A stretch of DNA of 63,542 nucleotides, filler included, from an uncultured Methanosarcinales archaeon (GTDB taxonomy: Archaea > Nanobdellota > Nanobdellia > Woesearchaeales > GW2011-AR9): the NCBI GenBank assembly GCA_964434885.1. It is 3 parts of 3 records of this genome, joined end to end, with 100 filler letters (N's around TTAATTAATTAA, not from the genome) between each part and the next. Parts side by side here need not be neighbours in the genome. Positions count along the whole stretch, not along the records: positions 1 to 23,827 come from CAYSWQ010000009.1; 2 more parts are not named here. One strand, written 5' to 3'. Positions 8,886-18,770 of the stretch are shown piece by piece. The position numbers were made by a program, and so were the translations under genes. The notes under the pieces were generated by a model. It ran no database searches. It was not told the DNA's origin and worked only from the letters and a program-made list of their open reading frames with translations. Within the stretch, counting starts at the first letter, position 1; every line of letters begins with the position of its first letter.

Positions 8886-11433
8886 ATTTGGTTGTGGTTG
8901 CAGTTGTAGTTGTAGCTGCTGCTTTAACTACAGTAGGTGCTCCCAAAGTTGCGTCTGTGTAGGTTGTACCAGATACTTCTAACTCCATTCCCTTAAGTTC
9001 ACTGTATCTGTGAGCAATTACTTTACCTGCAAGTCGGGTATCTTTTCCGCTGTAACCAGCGACTAACATAGCCATCTTTTTGGTAGTTGCGTCTTCGTAC
9101 ATTTTAACTACAGCTTTTCCTGGACTAAATCCAGTAGTACAAACTTTTGGGTTACCCATCAACTTAGCTGACACACTGTTAACACATGGTCCACCAACTA
9201 CAATCATATTCTGAGCTCCGGTGCTCTTAACTTCAGAATCCAACTTAGTAGCGTCAACAACTTGTACTAATGCCAAGTCTCCACCACTTGTGGTTGTTGT
9301 TTTGGTTGCTCCACTTGTCACATATACTTGTGGTAATCTCTGGTTCTTAGGGTAGTTGTAAGTAAACAAGTTAGGTGCACTACTTGGTTCTTCATAAGTA
9401 ATCTTTCCACCCATACTTGTGTATCCATACTTAATGTTCTCTTCCCCTTCTGGTGTCAACAAGTTATCTTCTCCATCTACTTGGAAAGTATTTACAGTTA
9501 CTTCGTTTGTAGCTGTAGCATCAACTGCCAAAAAGATTATTGCTGGTTCAATATTATCGTAGTCATTACTATTTGTTGTATTTATGGTCATGTTAACGCC
9601 ATCTACTGTAGATAAACATCTTGTTGTTGGAACATTTGTAAGACCAATGCTAGCCCCATAATAATCTACAACATCTACATTAGCAGCTGAAGGAGAACTA
9701 CCTCCACCATTTTGATCCACTCGGATATCAAAATCTTTACCTGTTTTCGCTGAATTGTTCTCCACATTAAATGAAAAACCACCTACTTTAATAGTAGATA
9801 CAACGTTTCCAGTAGCTGTGTTCACTGAGTATTCCAATGTCTTTCCACTTCCTAAGTTCTTAAACTTAATCTTTGGACTGGTAGCTGTACTCTTATCTGC
9901 CCCTTTATACTGTAAGGTGTAAGTTTTAGCTGTTCCATCAGTAGAAGTTCCTCCAGTTATAACAAAGTAGTCATTTTTAGAAATGTTCAAATTCTCTCTA
10001 AAACTAACACACTTCTCACCAGATTCTTCACTCATTGTTAAGTTTTCACTATTGGTTGCATAGAACAAAGGCATACTTACTTTGTTTCCATCTCCATCAT
10101 AATAGATTAACTTATACTTTCGATCAGTAGTTGAATCCAACTTGATATCATGGTTATCTTCAGTAGTTAATCCTTTGTATTCAATGTCCCAGTTGTTAGT
10201 GAATAAAATTTCTTTTTCATCTCCAACAGCTTTAATGGTGTCACTTAATTTCTTTCCAGCACCAACATAGTAGTCATCTTGTGCAGTCATGTTTATTTGA
10301 ATAGTAGACAGACTAAATGTAGTGTTATCATCAGAACCTGTGATAATTACGTCTGCACCATCAATTGTTTCTCCACCAACTGCCATTTCATTACTAGATA
10401 CTGCATCTGTGATGTCGTTATCTCGTAATTCCACTTTACTAGCTCCAACAAAGAAGTCAGCACTGTGAACTCCACCAGCATAAGCTTGGTATAACAACTC
10501 ACTAACACCAATTTCATTACCATCTTTCAGCTTATAAGTATCTCCTACTTGTAGCTTATCGGTTGATTCACCGTTAACAGTAAACTTAGCATTAGTTTCA
10601 TCAGTATACACTAACTTAACTTTGTATGAAGAAGTTCCAACTTTGTAAGTTTTTTCTTCTCCTTCTTTCAAAGATCCACTAGTTGAACCACCCATCAAAG
10701 TTAGCTTAATACTATCTTCTGGTGTTGATTCTGGTCTTCGAGCTAATACAATAGTGTATTCTTTTCCTAGCATAGTAATCTTGGTGTCTTCAAAGTCCTG
10801 CAATACAGTTCCAGAAGTACTAGCTGACCCAGTAGTTGCATATACATCACTTTCTGCATTAGAATTAAATTCTAACTTATATTCACCAATATTCATTCCA
10901 CTATCAACGAAGAAAAAGACGTCTGTAACATCATCATCACTTTCTGCATACTTAACAATTTCGTTTGTATTGGTGTTACCAGTATCAAAGTATAAATACT
11001 GACTAAATGTATAACTTGCTTCTCCAGTTTTATATGTTCCATCAGCCAAAGCTTTTAACTCATCTTTACTCAAATAAGTTAACATATCATATAATTGCTC
11101 TCCAGAAATACTTCCTGCAGCTGCACTAGAGTTTGCCATTTCTAAACTTTTAGATGAAGTTGCTGCTTTCCAAGCATCTCCACTGACAGTTGTTGTTTTA
11201 CTGGTGCTTGCTTTCTTATACCACATTGCTGTTGCAATATCAGTCATAGCTAAGTTATCGATAGGCTTTGCAGATTCCCCTACAACGAAAATTCCGTTAA
11301 AAACTCCGTCTGTCTGGAAAGAATTCGGATAAGAACTCAAATCTGCAGCCATAGCTCCCATGACTGTAGCTCCCAACATTGTGGCTCCGGCTCCTAATGC
11401 AACCAGTCTTTTAACCACTTTTTTTATTCGCAT
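8884..11433 (-). CDS. S-layer protein
   Basis: Signal peptide, ADLS.YP..F...VVGE.A...D N-terminal motif and C-terminal KLDSEV...NMIVVGGPCVN...MLVAGYSG.DT motif; GGAGGTG RBS. Confidence 0.92.
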   Translation of the reverse strand: MRIKKVVKRLVALGAGATMLGATVMGAMAADLSSYPNSFQTDGVFNGIFVVGESAKPIDNLAMTDIATAMWYKKASTSKTTTVSGDAWKAATSSKSLEMANSSAAAGSISGEQLYDMLTYLSKDELKALADGTYKTGEASYTFSQYLYFDTGNTNTNEIVKYAESDDDVTDVFFFVDSGMNIGEYKLEFNSNAESDVYATTGSASTSGTVLQDFEDTKITMLGKEYTIVLARRPESTPEDSIKLTLMGGSTSGSLKEGEEKTYKVGTSSYKVKLVYTDETNAKFTVNGESTDKLQVGDTYKLKDGNEIGVSELLYQAYAGGVHSADFFVGASKVELRDNDITDAVSSNEMAVGGETIDGADVIITGSDDNTTFSLSTIQINMTAQDDYYVGAGKKLSDTIKAVGDEKEILFTNNWDIEYKGLTTEDNHDIKLDSTTDRKYKLIYYDGDGNKVSMPLFYATNSENLTMSEESGEKCVSFRENLNISKNDYFVITGGTSTDGTAKTYTLQYKGADKSTATSPKIKFKNLGSGKTLEYSVNTATGNVVSTIKVGGFSFNVENNSAKTGKDFDIRVDQNGGGSSPSAANVDVVDYYGASIGLTNVPTTRCLSTVDGVNMTINTTNSNDYDNIEPAIIFLAVDATATNEVTVNTFQVDGEDNLLTPEGEENIKYGYTSMGGKITYEEPSSAPNLFTYNYPKNQRLPQVYVTSGATKTTTTSGGDLALVQVVDATKLDSEVKSTGAQNMIVVGGPCVNSVSAKLMGNPKVCTTGFSPGKAVVKMYEDATTKKMAMLVAGYSGKDTRLAGKVIAHRYSELKGMELEVSGTTYTDATLGAPTVVKAAATTTTATTTK

Positions 11434-11818
11434 TTTGTATAACACACCTCCGTGTTAAATCTCTTTTTCTTGTTTTTTCCACCCGCCTAAACAACATCAA
11501 CAAAATTTTCGAAAGAAATGCCTTGATTGAGTACCTTTAATCTGACACATCTTTTCGATTTTATCGACGAGGTTCTTAACGGATTAAGAGATTAGACTCT
11601 GATTTGATTTATAAGCTTTTCGCAATTCTACCCCTACAAAAGAATTTAATTCTGTAGTGAACCTCTCAAACCCAAAAATTTTGGACTTTCAAGAGTTCAC
11701 TATTATCGAATAATGAAACTTAAAAAAAGAACATAGTTCTAGTTTTTTGTTAAATTTGAGTTCAAATAATAAAAAAATAAGAGGAAAACAATTTAAATAC
11801 TTCTTCTTTCAAAATCAA

Positions 11819-12469
11819 ATGAAACTAAAAAATCTAAACCTACCTGAATATTTCAAAGAATTCTATCAAAAATTCGAAAAACTAAACCCTATTCAAGAAA
11901 AAGCAATCAAAGCAGGTTTATTAGGAAAAAAATCACAACTCATTTGTGCACCAACTGCTTCTGGAAAAACATTAGTTGCAACGATGGCCATAGCCAATAC
12001 TTTAGACAAAGGTAAAGCAATTTATATTGTTCCATTAAAAGCATTAGCAAATGAAAAGCACAAAGAGTACCAAGAATTACTCAAAAACACTTCTTATCAA
12101 GCAATTATGAGTACTGGAGATATTGATTCTCCTTCTCCCCATTTATCAAAATATGATTTGCTTATTTTAACTTCAGAAAAATTTGATTCTCTAATCAGAC
12201 ATCGAGTTTCTTGGCTCAATGAAATTAAAACAGTAATTATCGACGAGATTCATCTTCTAAATGATCCAACAAGAGGGCCAACTTTGGAAATCATCATCAC
12301 TTTACTTAAATCCCTAATAAAACCTCAAATTATTGGATTATCTGCCACCATTGGAAACCCCAAAGAACTTGCCAACTGGCTAGAAGCTGAATTAGTCATT
12401 GACACTTGGAGACCAGTAGAACTAAAACAAGGTATTTATCATAATGAAGAAACAGAATTTTATGATTAA
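11819..12469 (+). CDS. hel308: Hel308/Ski2-like helicase, N-terminal RecA1 half only (split gene)
   Basis: Q motif LNPIQ, APTASGKT, VPLKALANEK, TSEKFDSL.R, IIDEIH, GLSATIGN, WRPVEL, then stop. Confidence 0.88.
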   Translation: MKLKNLNLPEYFKEFYQKFEKLNPIQEKAIKAGLLGKKSQLICAPTASGKTLVATMAIANTLDKGKAIYIVPLKALANEKHKEYQELLKNTSYQAIMSTGDIDSPSPHLSKYDLLILTSEKFDSLIRHRVSWLNEIKTVIIDEIHLLNDPTRGPTLEIIITLLKSLIKPQIIGLSATIGNPKELANWLEAELVIDTWRPVELKQGIYHNEETEFYD

Positions 12470-12822
12470 ATTTCAGTCTGTTTTAATCTTTCATATACTT
12501 CAACAGGAAATGTCTGTTCTCCAGGAAATTTTGGAAAATTTTCATAACTTCTGTGAACTTCAAATGTCCAATGTTCTACTCCAAAAAATTGCATCCACAC
12601 ACCACCAGGATTAAGATCAAATTTAACCCTTTTTAATCTGTATAATGATCCTTGACGATTGCAATCTAATTCCAATGTTAATGATTTGTGTTTTTCGGGA
12701 CCAACAAACATGCAACCTGCTTCTACTGCATAAACTAGATTTATGCTTCCTTCTATTGGTTTAATAATGGCATCAGAATTTGCCAAATACCTCATTAAAT
12801 CACATATTGAAGTTTCTGGCAT
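12466..12822 (-). CDS. Hypothetical protein
   Basis: 118 aa ORF with TATA-like element upstream. Confidence 0.6.
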   Translation of the reverse strand: MPETSICDLMRYLANSDAIIKPIEGSINLVYAVEAGCMFVGPEKHKSLTLELDCNRQGSLYRLKRVKFDLNPGGVWMQFFGVEHWTFEVHRSYENFPKFPGEQTFPVEVYERLKQTEI

Positions 12823-12878
12823 GTGTTAAATTCAGTTAAAACATATTTAAATATTTATATCTTTTAAAATATAATAAA

Positions 12879-14078
12879 TCACATTAATAATCCAACAACC
12901 TTCTCAAAATTATCATTACTCTGATCTTTCTTATACTCTTTCAACAACTCAATCATCTCTTCTTTATCCACTAATTTATTCCTTATTAAAAATTCTCCAA
13001 ACTGAGTAACATTATGTGGTTTTTTACTTTGATAACATCTTTCAAAATCAATCTGTACTGGTCCATCTTTACCAACAATAATATGTTTAAACGGACGATG
13101 CATTTCTTCTTTATTAATTTCTAATTTATCCATCTGATAACATTGCTTCAAAACATTAACAACTACTTCATTAACTTTCTTGCCTTTTAAAACAAAATTA
13201 AGAATATCTTCACCTTCAATAAATTCTTCAATCAAAAAATCTTTTCCATAAAAATACAACTTTGGTCCAATATCATATTTATTCAAAACCCGAAGATATT
13301 GTACTTCATTCTTAATCCTCTCTACTGCCTTACTTTTCTTCCGAGTTACCTTAATTGCTACTTTCACAGGTTTTGGCTTAGCAAAATGACTTTTTACCAA
13401 AGTAGATATATCAAACTTACCTGTAAAAACATCTCCTCTTTTACCATGTGTAAAATACTTAATTTCATAAACGTTCTTCTTCTCCAAATCCCGCAAAACT
13501 TTTGATTTAACAACTTCATAAACAAACAACTCTTCAAAAAAAGGTAAATTGATCTTTTCCAATTGTTTATATTCAAATAAGTTCTGTTCAATAATTTCTT
13601 CAACTTTCTCTTTTTTAGTTAACGAAGAAAACAACAACAATATTTTCCCTTCAGCCAACAAATGATTAGTAACTTCATTAAAAAATCTTTCAATTAACTC
13701 CCACCCTTTCTTTCCCCCATATAATGCAGGATCTTCAATTAATTCTCCAGCCACTTTATCTTGAGGCAAATAAGGTGGATTAAAAACAATAGTACTAAAT
13801 TTTCCTTCCACTTGAGAAAAAAGATCACTTTTCTTAACTTTAAGTTTCTTATTATTTAATTTTTCTAATTTCTTAACTTCTTTCTTCAATTCTTTGACTG
13901 CAACAGAATTAATATCGACAGCCAAAACGTCTCTCACTTCAATTTTTTTTACTGCTTCTAAAGCCAAAATTCCAGAACCAGTACCCATATCCAAAACCCT
14001 ACCTACTGCTAACTTCTTAACATATTTTTGCAGTAATTTGGAATCTTCTCGCGGTTCATAAATTTCCATAAAACCCAT
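12879..14078 (-). CDS. HemK2/PrmC-like methyltransferase fused to RIO/Bud32-like kinase domain
   Basis: IYEPREDS, LDMGTGSG, FNPPYLP; then GKRGDVF, VAIK, NE..YL, GPKLY, EEFIEG, IDFER. Confidence 0.85.
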   Translation of the reverse strand: MGFMEIYEPREDSKLLQKYVKKLAVGRVLDMGTGSGILALEAVKKIEVRDVLAVDINSVAVKELKKEVKKLEKLNNKKLKVKKSDLFSQVEGKFSTIVFNPPYLPQDKVAGELIEDPALYGGKKGWELIERFFNEVTNHLLAEGKILLLFSSLTKKEKVEEIIEQNLFEYKQLEKINLPFFEELFVYEVVKSKVLRDLEKKNVYEIKYFTHGKRGDVFTGKFDISTLVKSHFAKPKPVKVAIKVTRKKSKAVERIKNEVQYLRVLNKYDIGPKLYFYGKDFLIEEFIEGEDILNFVLKGKKVNEVVVNVLKQCYQMDKLEINKEEMHRPFKHIIVGKDGPVQIDFERCYQSKKPHNVTQFGEFLIRNKLVDKEEMIELLKEYKKDQSNDNFEKVVGLLM

Positions 14079-14154
14079 AAAACAAAATATTTATATAAAA
14101 CTTTTTAAATCAAAAGCAAATCATAGTTTAAATGGGTAGTCCCATTAATCTAAT

Positions 14155-14230
14155 GGGCCTGTGGTCTAGTGGCTATGACAGTGCCCTTACAAGGCATTGA
14201 TCCCCGGTTCGAGTCCGGGCAGGCCCACCA
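14155..14230 (+). tRNA. tRNA-Val(TAC), CCA encoded, no intron
   Basis: GGGCCTG/CAGGCCC-ACCA, anticodon arm GTGCC-CTTACAA-GGCAT, TTCGAGT T-loop. Confidence 0.95.
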
Positions 14231-14301
14231 TTTTTTCTTACTTTGTTATTTTTCCAATTGTTGACGAGAGAGGGTCACGAACAAAGCGTAAGCGAAGTGA
14301 C

Positions 14302-14337
14302 TTGATCCGGTTCAAGTCCGGGCAGGCCCACCATTTT
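14302..14337 (+). repeat. Duplicated 3' end of tRNA-Val(TAC) (att-like scar)
   Basis: ttgatcc--ggttcaagtccgggcaggcccaccatttt versus tRNA ttgatccccggttcgagtccgggcaggcccaccatttt. Confidence 0.85.
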
Positions 14338-15187
14338 ACATAAAAACAGTTGTTTCCAAATCCATTAATCTATCGACAAAGCCCCCTCTATAAGACTCAA
14401 ATCTCTGATCAAATTCACTTCTTAAATTATCTCTATTCTCCTGACTAGCTAAATAATTACCCACAACTCCTCCACCAACAAATCCTAAGTAAAAACCAAT
14501 TGCTCCAATAAGATAATTGCATACTTCCATTTCTTCGGGGAAAAATTGGGCACCTAAAAAATATCCTCCTATTCCCAAAACTGTTCCCCCAATTGTTCGA
14601 CCCCAAGTACGATTTCCAGACTCATTATCTTTAAACTGTTCAAACAAATTCATTTCAGAATTAACTTCATGATAAGCTTCTAAATTTCTTAACACAGACA
14701 TAGATTTATCAATTATTTCTTTATAAATTTCAAGTTCTACCTCTGGCCGAAAACCCAATCTTGATAAAATTGTATTTTTATAAGCATTCTGACAAATTAC
14801 TATTGATTTCAAAAAAGAATCATCCCAATTTTCTCCTAACTTAGGTACTGCTAAATCAACAAAAGATTGATAATCATAACATGGGCTTTCCATTCCTTTA
14901 ATTTTACTAATCAAATTACCTGTAAACGAACGTCGGTCTCTATCCCATTCTTCACCATCGTAAGTATAAGTGTCTTCCTCACTTTCTTTTATTTTCCACA
15001 AAACTGGCAAATAACCAATAGTTAAAGTACAAATATCATCAATTACATCCTCATAAAACTGCTCAGCTATTCTTTTTTTAGCAAACTCGGTTTTCCACCT
15101 AGGAATTCTTATTTTTTTACGCTATCCAAGTTCACTCTGTAATTCTAATACTGCTTCATCTAAAGTCATATCTTCTCTACAAACCAT
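14336..15187 (-). pseudogene. Membrane-anchored hypothetical protein with in-frame TAG at codon 22
   Basis: ATG 15187 is in frame with the 14336..15010 ORF; the only interruption is TAG at 15122-15124. Confidence 0.6.
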
Positions 15188-15276
15188 TTATTTTAAAAAA
15201 CTTTCTAAAATAACTATTTAATAGTAATTAAAAACAAAACCAAAACCTTAAAAACCATAACATTTTCTCTCTATTA

Positions 15277-16026
15277 ATGCAAGAACAAATCTTTGATTTA
15301 ATTGTAGAAAAAGACGATGTTACTTGGAAAACAATTCTTTATGATTTAGTAAAAACTGAACAGATGAATCCTTGGGATGTAGATTTAAGAATTCTAACCA
15401 AAAAATACGTTACTACAATTAAAAAAATGAAAGAAACTGACTTGAAAGTTTCTGGAAAAGTCCTTCTTGCTGCAGCTATTATGCTTAAAATGAAGTCACA
15501 TAAACTTCTTCACGAAGATATCGAAGAATTAGATCGTTTAATTGCTTCAACCGAAGAACACGAAGAAGATGAATTTTTCTCAGAATTCACTGAAGATTTA
15601 TTTGAAAAAAATCAAAAAGATTTGGAAAAGAAATATCAATTACTTCCTCGACAACCACAACCAAGATCGAGAAAGGTTTCTATCTATGATTTAGTTGATG
15701 CTCTACAAAAAGCCATGGAAACTAAAAAAAGAAAATTAGCTAAAATAAAACCACAAAAATTTGTCATCCCTAAAAAAACATTTGATATTGTCGAAACCAT
15801 TAGAGATGTTTATGCCAGAATTAGACATGGTTTTCAATCTGATCAAAGCAAAAAAATGACTTTTACTCAATTATTACCAAAAGGAGCTCAGAAAAGAGAT
15901 AAAGTACATACATTTATTCCTTTACTTCATCTAGAAAATCAAAAAAGAATTGAAACCAAACAACCAAAACACTTTGGTGATATTTTCATAAAACTTAATA
16001 AGAAAAAGAATGGTCATGTTAGATGA
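15277..16026 (+). CDS. scpA: Segregation/condensation protein A (kleisin)
   Basis: LYDLV...MNPWDVDL, SGKVLLAAAIMLKMKS, RKVS..DLVDAL, FIPLLHL...Q..HFGDI. Confidence 0.9.
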   Translation: MQEQIFDLIVEKDDVTWKTILYDLVKTEQMNPWDVDLRILTKKYVTTIKKMKETDLKVSGKVLLAAAIMLKMKSHKLLHEDIEELDRLIASTEEHEEDEFFSEFTEDLFEKNQKDLEKKYQLLPRQPQPRSRKVSIYDLVDALQKAMETKKRKLAKIKPQKFVIPKKTFDIVETIRDVYARIRHGFQSDQSKKMTFTQLLPKGAQKRDKVHTFIPLLHLENQKRIETKQPKHFGDIFIKLNKKKNGHVR

Positions 16027-16787
16027 TGGAAAAAATATTCTTTGTTGATCAACACAATAATAAATTATGTGGAGTTCTTTCCAATCCCTCACAAGACCTT
16101 GACAAACCAATAATTATCCTATGTCATGGATTTAGTTCTAGCAAAGACAGTTCCACCTATGTTAGATTACAAGAAGAACTCAACCAAAAAAACATCTCCA
16201 CTTTCAGATTTGATTTTTTTGGTCATGGAGAAAGTGCTGGTGATTTTGCCGAACTTACTATCAGTAAAGCAGTAAATAACCTTTTAGGGGCCATAAAATT
16301 TCTAAAAGAAAAAAATTATTCAAAAATTGGATTAATCAGTTCTAGTTTTGGAGGAATGGTTAGTCTTGTTACTGCCACTCAAACTCAAGACCTCTTTGTC
16401 CTAGGTCTGAAATGTCCAGTCTCAGATTATCTTGGCAAATTGATTGCTCAACACACCAAAAATAAAATCAAAGAGTGGGAAGAAAAAGGATTCCTTTTTT
16501 ATCACAATAAAAAATTAGGTAAATTAAAACTGAATTATTCCTTCTTCGAAGATTCTAAAAATTATGATAATTATTATGAACAATACAAAAATATTACCAT
16601 CCCTACTTTAATTGTTCATGGAGACAAAGATGTTACAGTCCCAATTGAACAAAGCCATAAAGCAAAAGAAGCCATTCTTAATTGTGAATTGGAAGTGATT
16701 CCGGGAGCAGACCATTATTTTAGAGAAAAAGACTATTTTGAAAGAGTAATTAATCACTTAACAGAATTTATAATAAAAAATATTTAA
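16023..16787 (+). CDS. Alpha/beta hydrolase
   Basis: LCHGF, FDFFGHGES, SSFGG nucleophile elbow, VHGDKD, GADH. Confidence 0.9.
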   Translation: MMEKIFFVDQHNNKLCGVLSNPSQDLDKPIIILCHGFSSSKDSSTYVRLQEELNQKNISTFRFDFFGHGESAGDFAELTISKAVNNLLGAIKFLKEKNYSKIGLISSSFGGMVSLVTATQTQDLFVLGLKCPVSDYLGKLIAQHTKNKIKEWEEKGFLFYHNKKLGKLKLNYSFFEDSKNYDNYYEQYKNITIPTLIVHGDKDVTVPIEQSHKAKEAILNCELEVIPGADHYFREKDYFERVINHLTEFIIKNI

Positions 16788-16792
16788 AAAAA

Positions 16793-17173
16793 TTATTCAA
16801 TTAATTCTTCTTTAGCTCTATGAATCTGAGCAAAATAAGGAACAGCTACAATATAGTCTTCTCCAAAACCAGCAATATCTCCTTCGATAGCATCGCAAGT
16901 TTTTCTTAACTTATTAATAGCTCTTTTTAACTCAATTAAATCTTTATCTTTTAAAGGTTTAATATTAATCAAAGCAATAGTAGCTCCTTCTCTTAAACAA
17001 TCTAAAATTCCTTTGATGTCTTCAAATTCTTCCATCACATAAGGGCGGACAATAATTCTAGATTTCTCTTCTTTGCCATGATCTAACTCAACATATTCCT
17101 CAAATGGTTCTTCTACAACCTCTTCTTTAGGCTGACTTAGTTTGTCTTTTAATTGTAAAAAAAAGTCTTTCAT
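16793..17173 (-). CDS. sepF: Cell division protein SepF
   Basis: ILDCLREG.TIALINIKPL...ELKRAINKL...EGDIAG archaeal SepF pattern. Confidence 0.85.
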   Translation of the reverse strand: MKDFFLQLKDKLSQPKEEVVEEPFEEYVELDHGKEEKSRIIVRPYVMEEFEDIKGILDCLREGATIALINIKPLKDKDLIELKRAINKLRKTCDAIEGDIAGFGEDYIVAVPYFAQIHRAKEELIE

Positions 17174-17252
17174 TTTGATTAAACCTCACTCTTCTTGTTT
17201 TTGTTTTTAGGAGAGAATACTTATATATAAATGTTTTTATAGTGTAGTATCA

Positions 17253-18668
17253 CTAACTCTGACCACTAATTTTGAAAACATTGGAATAAGCTGTTTTTCT
17301 CTTTCCTTTTTTACCAAAAAGTACTTTCGCCCTCGGTAGTTTAAGTGTTCCCAAGATCTTAAGTTTTGATTTTATTTGATAACTTATCAAACGATCTTCA
17401 TGTCCGTCTATCTCTGCTAGTTTCCACTTCACTAAGGTTCCTTTTTTAGTATGTTTGATTTCATGAGGTTTCAATGTTCCTAAATCTAAACTTTTCTCAA
17501 TATCTGCAATTCCTGGAACTAAATCTACTACCTCAATGTTTTTCAATGTTTTTTTAGTTACGTTTTTTAATTGTAAAGTAATTTTTAAATCTGATAATGT
17601 TGAATCTTTTTTAACTGTAGTTGATGTTTTAGATAATGTTACTGGTGATTTTGTGTATAAGTAAACAAAGAATAATAACAATAAAACCATTATTCCATAA
17701 AATGGAAATCGGTAATTATGGATATAAGTTAAAGTGACTGTCTCATTTGGACTTAATGTAACTTTCCACATCAAATTCTTTTGACCATTTTTGAATGCCA
17801 ATTTTGCTTGTGATTTAGTAAAAACATTCTTCCAGAAAGAAATTGGTACTAATACTTCCTGCGTATTTTTAACATTACCTGTGTTCCTAACTAAAAGTTT
17901 CTTAGTAGTTTTCAAAAAACTATCTGTTGTTGTTGTCTTAGTTGAAAACTTTGGTGTTAATGACACAATTTCAATCTCTTCAGATAAAACCTTAACTATT
18001 TCTTTATTTCTTTCAAAAGTAAAAAACAAGAAATGTTTTCCTGGCTTTTGCATCGAATTTGGAGAAACAGTAAATTCAACAGTTTTAGTTCCTAATGGTT
18101 CTAAACCAATAGTTGTCTGCTTATTAAATTCTTTCATATCACTCTGTAATCTAATATTCATCTTAGAAATATTCAAAGGGTTCTTATTTTCCAAAGACAA
18201 TTTAATAGTTTGTGTTTTCTGAGGATCTACTTTCTTAACCATATCTAAACTAACTTTAATAGAAGGTAAGTAATCTAATGGTTTATCTGGATCAATATAA
18301 ACAACCAATGTTTTAACATGTTTTTCTCCCAAGTCTGTTTCAATATTCATTCCTAATTTATATATTCCAGGGTTGAATTTTTCTGTCGGACTAGCTTTAA
18401 TAATTGTTTGCTTCTTTTGATTTGGCTGAATCTCCATAATTTTATCTTTCAATGGAGAAGGTTCAATATCCCATCCTTGTACAAATGAAAACAAAGAATA
18501 TCTTTGTGTCTTATCTTCATTATTAGAAATTGTTACTTTAAATGAAGCTGTTTCAGAAACTATAATAGAATTTTTAATCGGCTCAATTTTAATTTCAGAT
18601 TTAGCTCCAAAAGCAAAAGCTGATAAAAGAACCATTACAAATACCACAGATAATATTCTCCACCTCAT
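17253..18668 (-). CDS. Exported Ig-like/CARDB-type protein with a TM segment and further beta-rich domain
   Basis: Signal peptide, beta-rich repeats (VRNTGNV, LKNIEVVDLVP), one TM at about residue 325. Confidence 0.7.
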   Translation of the reverse strand: MRWRILSVVFVMVLLSAFAFGAKSEIKIEPIKNSIIVSETASFKVTISNNEDKTQRYSLFSFVQGWDIEPSPLKDKIMEIQPNQKKQTIIKASPTEKFNPGIYKLGMNIETDLGEKHVKTLVVYIDPDKPLDYLPSIKVSLDMVKKVDPQKTQTIKLSLENKNPLNISKMNIRLQSDMKEFNKQTTIGLEPLGTKTVEFTVSPNSMQKPGKHFLFFTFERNKEIVKVLSEEIEIVSLTPKFSTKTTTTDSFLKTTKKLLVRNTGNVKNTQEVLVPISFWKNVFTKSQAKLAFKNGQKNLMWKVTLSPNETVTLTYIHNYRFPFYGIMVLLLLFFVYLYTKSPVTLSKTSTTVKKDSTLSDLKITLQLKNVTKKTLKNIEVVDLVPGIADIEKSLDLGTLKPHEIKHTKKGTLVKWKLAEIDGHEDRLISYQIKSKLKILGTLKLPRAKVLFGKKGKRKTAYSNVFKISGQS

Positions 18669-18770
18669 TTTATAACTAGAATAAAAATAAACTAATATTT
18701 AAACTCTTCGTTTTTAAATCTTAGAATACCTAACGCCAACATATATAAACACCAAAACTTTCCTTCTCAC

